A stretch of 64,000 nt of DNA from contig NC_086375.1 of assembly GCF_036588685.1 (NCBI RefSeq), positions 40,238,001 to 40,302,000 on the forward strand, read 5' to 3'. The first letter of the stretch is position 1; each line of letters starts with the position of its first letter. The notes under the pieces were generated by a model. That model searched no databases, had not been told where the DNA came from, and saw nothing but the letters and a program-made list of their open reading frames with translations. Positions 24,082-36,388 of the stretch are shown here, piece after piece. Position numbers and translations under genes: made by a program. This DNA comes from Mytilus trossulus (taxonomy: Eukaryota).

Positions 24082-27000
24082 ATGGAGCTCCCAAAAGAAA
24101 AGATAAGTTTTGAAAAACGTAATGTTGGTGCATTCGGAAACAGTTCATACAATCAAGAGTATCATTCTCCTCCAGAATGTTGTGGGAAACAGTCAGATTT
24201 AAATGGATACTTACAACCGATTAACGGAAACGAAAATAGAATATCAACTTACCATGATTACTTGATAGTTCAGGGATCCGTAAAAAGTAATTTGCCACCT
24301 GATAAAGAGCAAGATGAATCTCAATGCTGGCTACACCCCATAAAAAAAGAGAACATGGGAGATCACTGTGGAAACGAAAAGGAGTTTAGTGATCCTGATA
24401 ATTGTCCATATTCAGTTATAGCAGATTCCAATATAAAGCAGCAAGAAATCAAAGCTTTTCCTCTTTTAAAATATGTAAGTGATATAGTAACCCATAGAAT
24501 GGCGATAGGTTTTGTTTTATTAAATTAGAAAAGGATTTTAAAAAGTCATATATCGAAAATTCTTTATGTCTTGGTTTTTTAAATTCCTATCATACTTTAT
24601 ATTATAACAATTCATATTTATACACTTGAATAGTTATGTTTTACTATGAAACAAGTATATATATATTCCGAAAAAAAATCTTTTTAGAAATGTATGCTTG
24701 CGATTTGATGCAGCTAGAAATGAAATCCTCGAACTAGAAAATACTTCTTTTTGCAGTATATAGAGCCGCAAATAAAGTTATTCTATTCATTGTCGTAATG
24801 TATGCTCTTCATCTTTTGGTATGGTATACGCTGTATTTGAAATATATAGACAGACTGTTTACTTATAGGTAGAAGGACCACTTAACAGTCAAGAGATTGA
24901 AACACAAAAGGCATTGAAGAGTTCATCTTGTTCACGTTGCAAAATTGTTGCAATTGTCATTATTATAGTCATAATCATGACTGCCGTTGGCTTTGGAGTG
25001 TTTTTCCCAATTCTGAGAAATAACAGTAAAGGTCGGTTTATTTTTTAAGTTGTACATGTATGTTTGTTTTTCGAAATTATAACTTCTTGTAAGACTGTTT
25101 TTAATTAACACATTTATTGTTTGTTTTTTTTAAAGTACTGATTCGATGTATCTTTCTTTTTTTTTTAACTCAGTTCAATTTTAAACGAAATATTGATGTT
25201 TTAACTTTTTGTGGGAATCGTATTGCTTCAATTTCAGTTTAATAGTTTAGATAAACATTCCTGTTTGGTTTGTCATTTTTTCTGTGACCGTTTACAAGAG
25301 ACCTTTTCAGAAGATGATTTTCCTAACAACAAACAATAATAAATCCTTTTAATCCACAAGGCCAAATGAGTCATTTTAGATTGATACTAAATTTTAGCGA
25401 TGTAGAATTCTTTTAAAATAAAAATTACTCAAGTCCGACGCTATTTTCATACCAGTATGATTTTGGTTTGTTAATAATCATCAACCCAAATACGGATCAG
25501 CAATATCCGAAAAAGTAACACAATTGGATGGTTTCCTTATTTTCCAGCCTCCCCATGTTTTCCTTCTACACTTCCATTACTTACTTCAAGACGAAAACCT
25601 GTCAACGAAATTTTTCAACCATATGCATAACTTTTATTCGAACATTCCTTGTTTCCTTTATTTCAGATCCCACTCAGTGGCTCCCGATTCCCGCCTACTC
25701 AAACCCAAATTTTAGTATCTAAGTATATCCCTATTAAATAATCAAACACGTAATATCTTCAAGAAGGACACTAGTCCTGAAACCTAAACTAGAAATATAT
25801 TTAATGGAGATTCGTCAGTGTAATTGAAACCAATATTTTTGAAATGTTGTTCTAATATAACAACTGAAAGTAACGAAAATTAATGGGTCGTTTGAAATTT
25901 ATATATTTCAGAGAAAAACACTTCTTCGTCCTTGCTGTCAATATCAAACAAAACCATGAATGCGTCAACGACTGATCAATCGGTTACTTTTGGAACAACA
26001 ATACTCAGTACGGATGCGTCAACATATACCACTACAAATTTGGCTTCTGTGATAACAACACCAACACATGACCAGGATACATCATCAGGTACAACTAAAA
26101 GTCATGACATATAAATATGTATCGATTTATCTTCTCATCTCTTTGTTATGATGATTGAAACTTTTCACGACTTTCTTTTGATTTTTTTGTGTATTTAAAA
26201 GTTTAAATATCCAGTTCACATGTCAAACCACTTAAAGGTTGCGCACTTCTGTAAATATAGACAATGTAATTTCCAAAAGAAACTCCCTTTACGGCTAAAA
26301 CTGTTCAATTTTATCAATGAAATTTAGTAACTTCTTAGAGCATAATCTTATACTAAAATTCTGTAATACCCATCCCTTCACTTTGGGTCTTATTCAGAAT
26401 TCAATTGTCGCCGCTCACATGGGTATTCGGTAACATTCCCAAGGTATGTCTCTATGAGATGAAACATAGAGATCATATCGGGGAAGCCGTACGTAATTAA
26501 AACAATATATCTATGAATACCATATATCTCCCTAACAGCTGTATATATTTTTTTCACTCACGGGTATTGCCTGTCAACCAGTTTGCGTATGACGAGATAT
26601 ATCATGTATCAAACGAAACGAATTAAGTGTTATATTAATAAATGCTACGACATTTGCGTTAAGTTGGTCAATGTGGCTTGATTTGTAAAACAAAAGTGTA
26701 ACATTTCCATTCGCTATTTATGAGATCAATGACGAGAATAAAAGGTCATTATGGGCTTTGTTCCCTCCGTAGCAAATGAGACATGGTATATCTTCAAAGA
26801 CTCTTTGATCATCATATTGTAATTAAATCATTTGAGGTGGTATCATCTCGTTGTATAACCTATAAATGAATTTCTTATATAAAGGCTGTTTTTCAATATA
26901 TAAACAGTGATTAAAAGGACAAACATCAAAAAAGATATTATAAAAAAGTTCCTTCTTCTTGTTTTTTTAATCATTGCTGTGTGGCCAATGATAGTTCAAA

Positions 27001-30000
27001 TTGTAAAATACATTAAATCATTCTAATTAAAATTAGAATGGGTATGGGGAATGTGTCAAAGAGACAACAACCCTACCAAAGAGCAGAACACAGCCAAATG
27101 CCGCCAATACGTCTTCAACAAGCGAGAAAATCCCACACCTGGTGTTGGAAATGCTTTGCATGGAATTAACCGGTGTTTGTCTAAACAAAAACAGAGAAAA
27201 AAAAATACTCTTCTGGTGTTTGGGATATCAAACCTGAATTTGAACCCATACAAATTGCAATGAAGAAACATACACTGCATAAAACTATATAAACACACTA
27301 TTAGGTTACATGTATCATCTTTATATTAGATATATGCCATTTCAATATAAGACATGCTAAGTTTCATGTGGGCTAAATTACTGAAATATCAGTTAAAGCT
27401 TTCTATGTCGTTTTGAAGTACTTATACGAATCTGTCACTCAATCCTTCAATCTTGTAAGTTTATTACAAGTAAGTATTAAGTACAAGTTTGATCATTTTA
27501 ATGGCATGTTTAGGTTTCAATGGAGTGAAAGTGAGCTTTTAATCCTCCGAGGAGTAATTAAGTCATGCAAAGATCTTATTTATTTCTTTACAGAGAGCAG
27601 TTCATCTAAAGCACCAAGTACCACTATACAACCGCACTGTAAGTACATGACTGTATAAAAAGACGGCATACAAAATAGTTTACAGAATATAAGAAGATCG
27701 TTGCGATTCGACATACATGTAGCTGCATGAAAATTATGTGTATTATGTCATCTCATACTTTCTGATTCCACCTTCACTTTGGATTACTTTTATATAGGAT
27801 TTGTATGTCGTATATAGATATAAGAACAACTCTCTATCCAAGTCACAGTTTGTAAAAGAAATCCATCATAGGTCAAAGTACGGTCTTTAACACCAAGTAT
27901 TGACTTACACCGAACAGCAAGCCTTAAAGGGCCCCAAAAATGATTATTGTAAAACCATTCAAACAGGGAAACTAACGGTCTTATCTATATAATAAACGAG
28001 AAACGAGAAACGAGAAACACTTATCTCTGTTAAAGATTCCCTTTTAGGTGGTGTCGCTTATAAAGAAGCAAAAGTTCAGAAATATAACAGTCGCATATTT
28101 GAAAGTTTTGTTTTGCAATATGTTGTGTTTTGACTGTCCCTCTTTGGCATCACTTTTAGGAATTTTTGGTCCTAAATGCTCTTCAACTTCGTACTTTATT
28201 TGGCCTTTTAAACATTTTTTTATATTCGAGCGTCACTAAGGAGTCTTTTGTAGACGAAACGCGCGTCTGACGTAAATATAAAATGTTGGTCCTGGTATTC
28301 TCTTATGAGTTTTTCTGGTATCTTTCGTCCCTCTTTCATAGTTCGTTTCTGTGTGTGTTACATTGTTGATTGCCGTTTGGTTTTTTGTGTTTCTGTTGTT
28401 TTAATTTGTAACCCGGATTTGTTTTCTTTCAATCGATTTATGACTTTCAAACAGCGGTATACTATTATTGTTTTTATTATAATAACAAATAAATATGTGA
28501 ACTTCTTCAAATCTTAAAACTTGAAATGTAGTTTTGACCTAAATTGGTTTGTTTTCCGTTCTGTATTCATTTGCTAAAAATATTTTACAAAAAGAATTAA
28601 TACAGTTACTAAATGAGATTATTGAAGGACTCAGATTGTCCCTCTACCATGATAATAAGTGTTATAAAATTAGTTGTTTTAAAGATTCACATTGATGTCT
28701 CTACTTATTAAGTTGGATCACTGTAACCAATTATGGTGGTAACAAGAAACAAAAATTTTCAAAAGCTGAAATATCGTTACGAAATAAACTTCAGACTTTT
28801 ACGACTGTGAAAAACACGATTGGATTTATTCTTTACAAAAATTCATTACGCTAACCTCACTTAAATTTATCGATATTATATTGTTAGCTGAACATCGACT
28901 TGCCATCTTATTTATATATATTGTCTTTATTAAGTAAATTATAATATAACGCCCATTTCAATACACGAATTAAGAAGTTTTGAAACGTTTTATTAATTCA
29001 ATTTTGGAAATTTAATATAAATAATGACACACAATTTACATGTAGTTCTCAATAGAATATGATATTTTTTCATGCAACCATCTCATCACTTCCATTTTAG
29101 ACATTATGTCATCTCAAGCACTAAGTTCAACCATGCAATCTTACTGTAAGTACACCATTTTATACAAAATGTATCATATTGAAGAAGAAAAAAACAGTAA
29201 ACAGAGCATCAGAAGGCTTGGAAAATAGTTTGAGGAAAATAAACGATATATAGCATGTCGTATGTTGTCATCGATTTTGTTCCCCTTTTTGTTTTATTAT
29301 TTAATGTTATGATTTTATTGTTTTTTGGTTTTAAGTCACTTTTGTTGCAAATTCCCTTGATAAAGTGTTGTCCCTTTTGAGTGGGTGATGAAGCTAAAGG
29401 TTTTCAGTGGAACAGTTTGAGTAAATTCTTTGAAAGATATATAGACGCTATCAGGATTTAGTAAATGATACAAAATATTTTTGTGACAGATCATAAGCAT
29501 TAAAATGTTACAATTAAGTTTGCTTTCAGCCTGTCACTCTTTTTCTATATATTAGTAAAATTCTTTGAAGGCGGAAAATAATCATAAGTCGACAAGAAAC
29601 TGACAACACAATGCCAACAAAAATACAAAAGACGACGAAATTTCAAATAAAACACCGTGCAACACGGCCGCAAAAAAAACCTAGATGTCGTCATCCCAAT
29701 TATACTATCTAAAATGTGGATATTTGTCTTTAATTGAAGTATTCTGTTTCAGATTCTGTTCTGATCGGGTCAACAAAGTGTAAATCCGACAATTTAATTT
29801 TTCTATTTTTAGATCTTTACAATGCCAAGATGCATTAAGAATTAATTTCAATGACGACAAAATTCCATTCTTGTTTCTTAGTATAATAGTTTGTCCATTT
29901 TTGTTGGGTTTTTTTAAATCGTAAACACTATCTTTGTTTCTTTTTTATCAAGGTCCGCCGACTGGTTCAGCGGTTTTAAAACTCAATCCTCATCAAATAG

Positions 30001-33000
30001 CTGACCTTGCAGATAACATACACTGGTATATGCATAGTTGCGAAGCCAACGTTGGTTTTCCAGCAGGCAATCTAAGTATTGAAATTATGAAGTCTGGAGA
30101 GATGGAATTCAGAAAATTGGACATAACAGCTGTATGCACGGAAGACAAGAAAACATCATGCGAAATTCATAGAAAAATTAATTTTGGAATCGAATTTACA
30201 TCTGATATGGAGAATGCAATCATTAGATGCAAATTAATTAATAAATTCTTCCCGGACTCTCCGAAATTTTATTCCAATAATGAAACTGTTCTACTAATAC
30301 CAGGTAAATATCGCTTTTGTCACTTAAGTTTAACTAAAACATTGTGAAGACCATCAAACTAAATCATTTCTTTAAGAACTCCTTTATGATATTTGAATAA
30401 AAAATATGTGCCGATTGATGCTAAAAGTATTAGAACTTTTCAACAACAATCTGAAACATCAGTTGGTAAAGACATCGATAGTTAAAAATTAAAACTATTG
30501 GTAAATGATCGTCGCAAAAAAAAAAAAGCGTATATAATTATCATTACTAGTTTACCGACTTGTATTTCTGTCATACTTCCCAGAACGACTTTTTCCTTGT
30601 TTAGATTTTAAATCGTTTGATTAATGAATTCACATCTTCTTTTGGTCTGAGTATAAAGGAGGGAAAACAGAAGGGTCTAAATCATTTATTTGTTCATTTA
30701 AGACGATGCACTTCTAGCCCCCTTGGCCAACTTAGGATGGTAAACACTTCCGGAAATTTTGAATCCTTATTCAAACATTTGTTTACATTTACTAATGCTA
30801 CAGAAGTATAGCTCCTTAAGGTCACAATTCAAATAAGAAGATGTTGTATGAGGGTCACTGAGACAACTTTACATCTAATTTACAATGAATAAAAAGTGAA
30901 GCACATGTAAAGGGTTTTTGAAAATCGAACAGTTGCTTCACAACAAAAACAAAACAAATGCAACCAAGTCAATTGGCCTTTAGAATAATTAGATATCTAG
31001 CCTTTTCAATAAAGAATGTTTACTAACAATTAAACAAATCTTCAATAAATATGATACTCCTTTATTATTTTTTTATCTTTGATACAATCACTTCATGTTA
31101 CCTTTGAATTGTATGTGTCATTAGTCGTCATTGCAGGCTTTTCAAAATGTGTTTTAAAAACGTAATCGAGCTTGATAAGGTGTGCTGATTTGAAAAATAG
31201 ATGATTTAAATATCAGTTAAAGATCTATTGACTTATTGAAAGAGCTGAACTTTATCCACCTGTATTGTTGTGTGAAAATAAATGCATTGCAAGATGACGG
31301 ATAATACTTTGTTTATATCTAAAATCTAAGCACAAGTGTTAACGGTGTCAAAATGAAATCAGTCATAAATAATAAAGTTTACGATAAACGTTATGGAAAT
31401 GTCAACATCTTCGTTTTTTCGTGTTTTAAACTCGTCATAGAAACCAGGATTACAATTGTGCTCGTCAAGAAGGTATTTCAAATGAAAGAAAAAAATATGT
31501 TCTAATCTCCCGGAAAAGTTTAAACTTGCAGTATGCTGTATTAGTCTAGACCCATGACGATCCTAGGTCAATAAATTTGTTCAATATCAGTGCTTTTACA
31601 AAAACTACTTGTATGTTTTATGTTTTATGTTTTTATGCTTGGTCCGTTTCTGTGTGTGTTACGTTTCGGTGTTATGTCGTTGTTCTCCTCTTATATTTAA
31701 TGCGTTTCCCTCGGTTTTAGTTTGTTGCCCCGATTTTGTTTTTTGTCCATGGATTTATGAGTTTTGAACAGCGGTATACTACTGTTGCCTTTATTTATCT
31801 GAACATCTGTTTCAATCATTAAACAATTTACAGTAACGTATACATTATCCAATCTTTTCTGACGATGCACTCTTGTCAATAAATGGAATTTCTAATAATT
31901 ATCGTTCAATGTTTATCTAGAAACTATAAACTTCAAAGAAAAGATAAAAAGACCTATTACCGTTTTTCTATTTAAAGTTATCGTTCTTATAACTGTAGAT
32001 AAAATCATATGAAACTGAGAACTTAAATTAAAACGTTGTTGAATTCCGTCTATTTCAGTAAATTATAAAACAAAAATAACAAACACACAGCAGGACGATG
32101 CTATCTGTATTACGTTTGCAAATTGGTTAAACTTATTTGAGCATTCGATTGGAATTGGGAAAAGGGATCCTAAATACCAATACAATAAAGATAAAACGAG
32201 CGTAGAAATGCAACATTCATTCGGACGACTGATATATATTTCTGTTTCAATTAAATGTTGTGTAACACTTAAATTCGCAATATGCTATGCATGCATATAA
32301 CATACGTATTGATAATTGTTTATGCATTTGTAAAATTGTAATACAAATGACTTTTATTTGAATAGGTTAAACATAATTCGCCACGTTAAGTTTAAGTTAG
32401 CTAGTTAAAAACTTGCTAAACATAGTTGCCTGTATTAAATTATTTTGGTTTATGACGATTCAATTTTTTCAGGTGATGCATGCAAGGATAATACTGTCCC
32501 CCATAGCAACCGTGTACATCCCACAAATTGTCAACGTTATATACAGTGCCAAAATAAGAAACCCTATGGACAGGCCTGTCAGGAAAACTTTTGTTTTGGA
32601 ATACATACAGTAGAAACATGCAAACATTGCGATGAAGTTACATGTCCGACACAAAGTAAGAAATACATGAAATCGATTTTAGAATTTGGTGATGAATAAC
32701 AAAGTTCATTCTGTTATATTCCGTTGGTTTAGGTCATGTCTAATTTCATTTCATTGTGCACGTATATTTGCACACAGTTTTAATATGATTTAATGATTAA
32801 GTACACGAAAAACAATCCAAATAGTTATCATAAGACTCATCAGTGACGCTCAAATCAAAATATTTATAAAGCCAAACAAGTACAAAGTTGAAGAGCATTG
32901 AGGATCCAAAATTCCTAAAAGTTGTGCCAAATACGGATAAGGTAATCTATGCCAAAAACATTTTGCTTAAAAAAACGTAAAAGCTTAGCAAAGTTCGATC

Positions 33001-36000
33001 ATAGACATGGAATACAAACTTTCAACTACGTGTAAAACATGCATATTATATTAAACTTTAAAAGTATGTCGCATCAAGCATCACAGAAGATTGAATGTCT
33101 AGATACATATCGTTCAAGTTGACCTCTTTTTGTGTTAATTAGTTGAATAAGACGATTTGACAACTCTCCACAGAGAACAACAGCCAAATACCCGATTTAT
33201 GCAAACACAAGTAACATAAAACAAATAGGGCATACATCAATAATTGCCAACCATTTACTTTCAGACTCCGAACTTGAAACCCATGTTTTATTTGATGAGA
33301 CGTGGATTAACATATATGCGTCCGCTTAACTATTATTTAACCTTTTAATAATATAACAGTTCAACAGTTCAACAGATCAATTTTAAAATACTTGACAAAT
33401 TAAATCAGCACTAGCCCCTAAAAATACATACACAACCAAAGAAGACATAAGTACCAATCTAAGATTTCATACATTTACGGAAGTTACTATCCCTATTAAT
33501 ATTTTGAAATGAAGAGTATAGAATTATCAACGACCTTTACACCGAAACATATCCAATTACTGAAATATATCATAGTAATAATAACAATTTTTTTTCTTCA
33601 AAAATCAAAGCAAAAATATTCATGCATCACATTTGAACATTTTGTTTTCTATTAAAGGTATCTCTTGTGCAAATGCGACTGTAGTTCAGAAGGTAGTATG
33701 CAAATTAAAACAGAAAAAAAAAGTTATAGCTAGTGAAATTATCATATGTCAAAAGAACTAACTTTGTTTTTAACATGTATCGGTAGAACATAGTGTATAG
33801 CTCCTATCAAATTAAAGCACGTGATATAAGAACATAGATAGTAAACACAATGCTTTTATAAATATTCTCCCGCACCACCCGAAATTACCCAGGGTTCGCG
33901 TAGCTCTGTACCGTTTTGATGTTGTGTTCTGTGAACTGTTTTTTTTCTTTGTTTGCCATGACGTTTCAGTTCAATGTTGACTGATGAATTCGAATGTCTT
34001 TCTGGTATTATACGACTCGCATTTAAAAACATCTAGATCCGTTACAAACAAAACTACAGTTGTAAATTTTATATGTGTTCTTGTTTCCTATATTTGAATG
34101 TGTCTTTAAGTTTCTTCAAAAAACACTGAACTAGCCATTGTAGTTAAAATAAATACAGAACACGGCTTTGATACGTATACCACAGCTGTTGATATGATAC
34201 AGTAGAGAAAAATTGAATACTAGAAAATGTTTATAAATGCAATAGATTGAATTGATGTTTTTGTCTCTTAAATCAATTAGGAATATAAAAAAATCAAGGT
34301 TACAAATAAAATATTGGGTAATCGATCGCACAAATCAGAGTTTATCAGAGCATCATTTGAACTTATGTTGTTGAAGGTATTTTGATACACAATTGCAAAC
34401 TTTACTTGTTTTAGTAAAATTTGCATTGCAAGGATATCAATAATCTAATTGACAATACCTAGATGTACTTCAAAAAAAATATCGGTTAAAGGTGTCTTTC
34501 TTATTTACCTTTGGATACTTTACAATTTGGAATTACTCAGCCTTTAACAATGTATGACATATTTGGGAGTAAAGGTAATTATTTTGTTAGAACCTTTAAG
34601 TACATACATTTCGCTACATGACAGATCGAAAGAGCGTTTGAAAATAGTTCTGGTGGGAAATAAGATAGAGAAGAGGCAAATTGCTCCTTATCTTTTGCTT
34701 TTTTTTTTTATCATAATCTGTAAATTAATGCCAGTACTTATAACAAAGGTATGTTGTAGTGCAATGTCAAAAGAATGTGTTGAACATTTTTTTAAAGTCT
34801 TGGCAAATCAATTCATTGATTACTTTTACAGCAGAACACAGTTAGTATGACATTACACTCTGATCAGATTGTCGGTCTTACTACCCCAAGAACTTCACAC
34901 CTTCACATTTGCACTGGTGTCATTGGCAACCTAACAGGAGACATTAAGGTTGAAATATATTTGGCAGGAAACGCTAACTTTCAATCAATTAGTCCTAGGT
35001 ATTCAACTATAACAGACACAACAGTCAACTGTGAAATTATGAGAGTCCTCAAGTTTTGGATTGGATTCACTGCAGCTATGTACAATGCAACTATCAGATG
35101 TCAAGTAACAAATGGCCTTTTTCCTGATGCTTCGCCTAAATACTCTAGCAGTGAAACTCTACAACTTGTTTCTAGTAAGTGGGAACTCGTATAGAATAAG
35201 TAGTATTTTTTTATGAAATGCAAATAAATCAAGCAAGGAAGACCATTTGATGAAATCGTGGACACGTTTCAAAAATTTATGGATGGATAATAGGAACAAG
35301 TAGGCTGATTCATTTATCAATACAACTTAATTCTTTTATGATTTTGATAATTAGTACTCCTTAATGTCATTTGTTAATTGATTTTTATTTACAGTTTTAT
35401 AAAGGTCATATTCACCCGACTTCCCGCTTATATAAACTTAATATCAAATTCCACACATACAACTTTGAAGCATTATCAACATTCAGAGATGTTATAAAAT
35501 AAATTGACAAAATAAGAAAAATATTTATGCATGATTATCAACTCCATGGCATTTATTGTATTGCATATATCCGTTTATCTACAACGACAACTTAAAATAA
35601 TGCAAACACTTATATTATGATAAACAAAGGACACCACTTTTTGTTTTTTAAATTCCCTTATTTTGTACTATCATAAGTCTACAAAAGCATGTAATTTTTT
35701 AAACTTGAATATGATAACAGAAGACTAAACTTTAACAAAATTGATTTAAAAGTAAAAGACACAAAAGTAAAACAAATATCAGTGTTTCAACAGCATGTGA
35801 AGATAATGTATTATTATATTTCAATGAACGACAATTCTGGGAGTTTGTGGACAGAGGATTTTGGAAATGAGTGTCATGGCCTTAAATGTTGTCATACGTT
35901 AAATCACAAAAATAACGAACTCCGAGGAAATTTTAAACCTAAAATCCCTAATCAAACGGCTAAATCAAAAGCTCAAACATATTAACTTTTTGTGTTGTAG

Positions 36001-36388
36001 TTTGTGATTTGCTCATTTTGTTTTTCCTCTTTCACTTTTGACATAATGCTGGTAGTCCTAGAATTACAGCATTTTATTGTAATTGCGGATGTTTCATTGC
36101 TATTAAATGTGTATCGAGTATTTTCTCTGATATTACTTTTTATCTGCATTATCATTGAAACTAGACTCCTGATGACCTATTGATAACAAAACTATCTTTT
36201 AAGGTGACTTTTGTGAACAGAATTTCAATGGAACCATAACCAACAAATATCATCATCCAACAACTTGTCATAGATATGTTACTTGTGAAGATAGAGGGCC
36301 CTCTGTTCAAGCATGTCCAGGCAATATTTGCTTTAGTTTAGAAAGAGATTATTGTGATTATTGCTCTAATGTAAAAACATGTCCGTAA
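24082..36388 (+). CDS. Paralogue 2: complete type II membrane Ig + chitin-binding protein, ~638 aa (chimeric gene)
   Basis: Exons: 24082-24474 cytoplasmic tail (ATG in caaATGg); 24869-25031 TM; 25912-26088 stalk (alternative in-frame donor at 26100); 27594-27638 and 29101-29145 two 45-nt exons; 29953-30303 Ig1; 32473-32655 CBD1; 33658-33692; 34835-35174 Ig2; 36204-36388 CBD2 + TAA. Total 1917 nt, open frame. Confidence 0.9.
28130..28480 (+). mobile_element. Nested repeat fragments: PLE tail, decayed retrozyme with mutated hammerhead core, and a third repeat
   Basis: 28230-28273 reads gcgtca-ctaagga-gtcttttgtagac-gaaacgcgcgtc-tgacgt (core CUGAUGA changed to CUAAGGA), flanked by PLE-tail pieces. 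The same block is at ~56525-56890. Confidence 0.7.
31620..31797 (+). repeat. Interspersed repeat insertion (…gaacagcggtatactactgttgccttta family)
   Basis: Absent at the matching site in paralogues 1 (~10300) and 4 (~61550). Related sequence at ~28340-28480 and ~56740-56890. Confidence 0.65.
32826..32953 (-). mobile_element. Truncated family-1 retrozyme fragment (partial hammerhead)
   Basis: cataagactcatcagtgacgctc...gtaatctatgcc. Shared with paralogue 4 (~63546-63672) and absent from paralogue 1 (~11415). Confidence 0.75.

Larger units (their letters stand above)
8540..28105 (+). repeat. Tandem segmental duplication, unit A (3' half of paralogue 1, intergenic region, 5' half of paralogue 2)
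   Basis: Colinear and near-identical by eye with ~29925-45962, including intergenic DNA (e.g. ORF pairs 22668/41384, 17746/37662, 16984/36901). Differences are mainly insertions. Confidence 0.85.

Noticed and set aside
24250-24420. Canonical ITIM/ITAM in the tail
   Set aside because: HDYLIV and CPYSVI lack the S/I/V/L at Y-2, and YxxL/I pairs are not spaced as an ITAM. Reported only as Tyr motifs.
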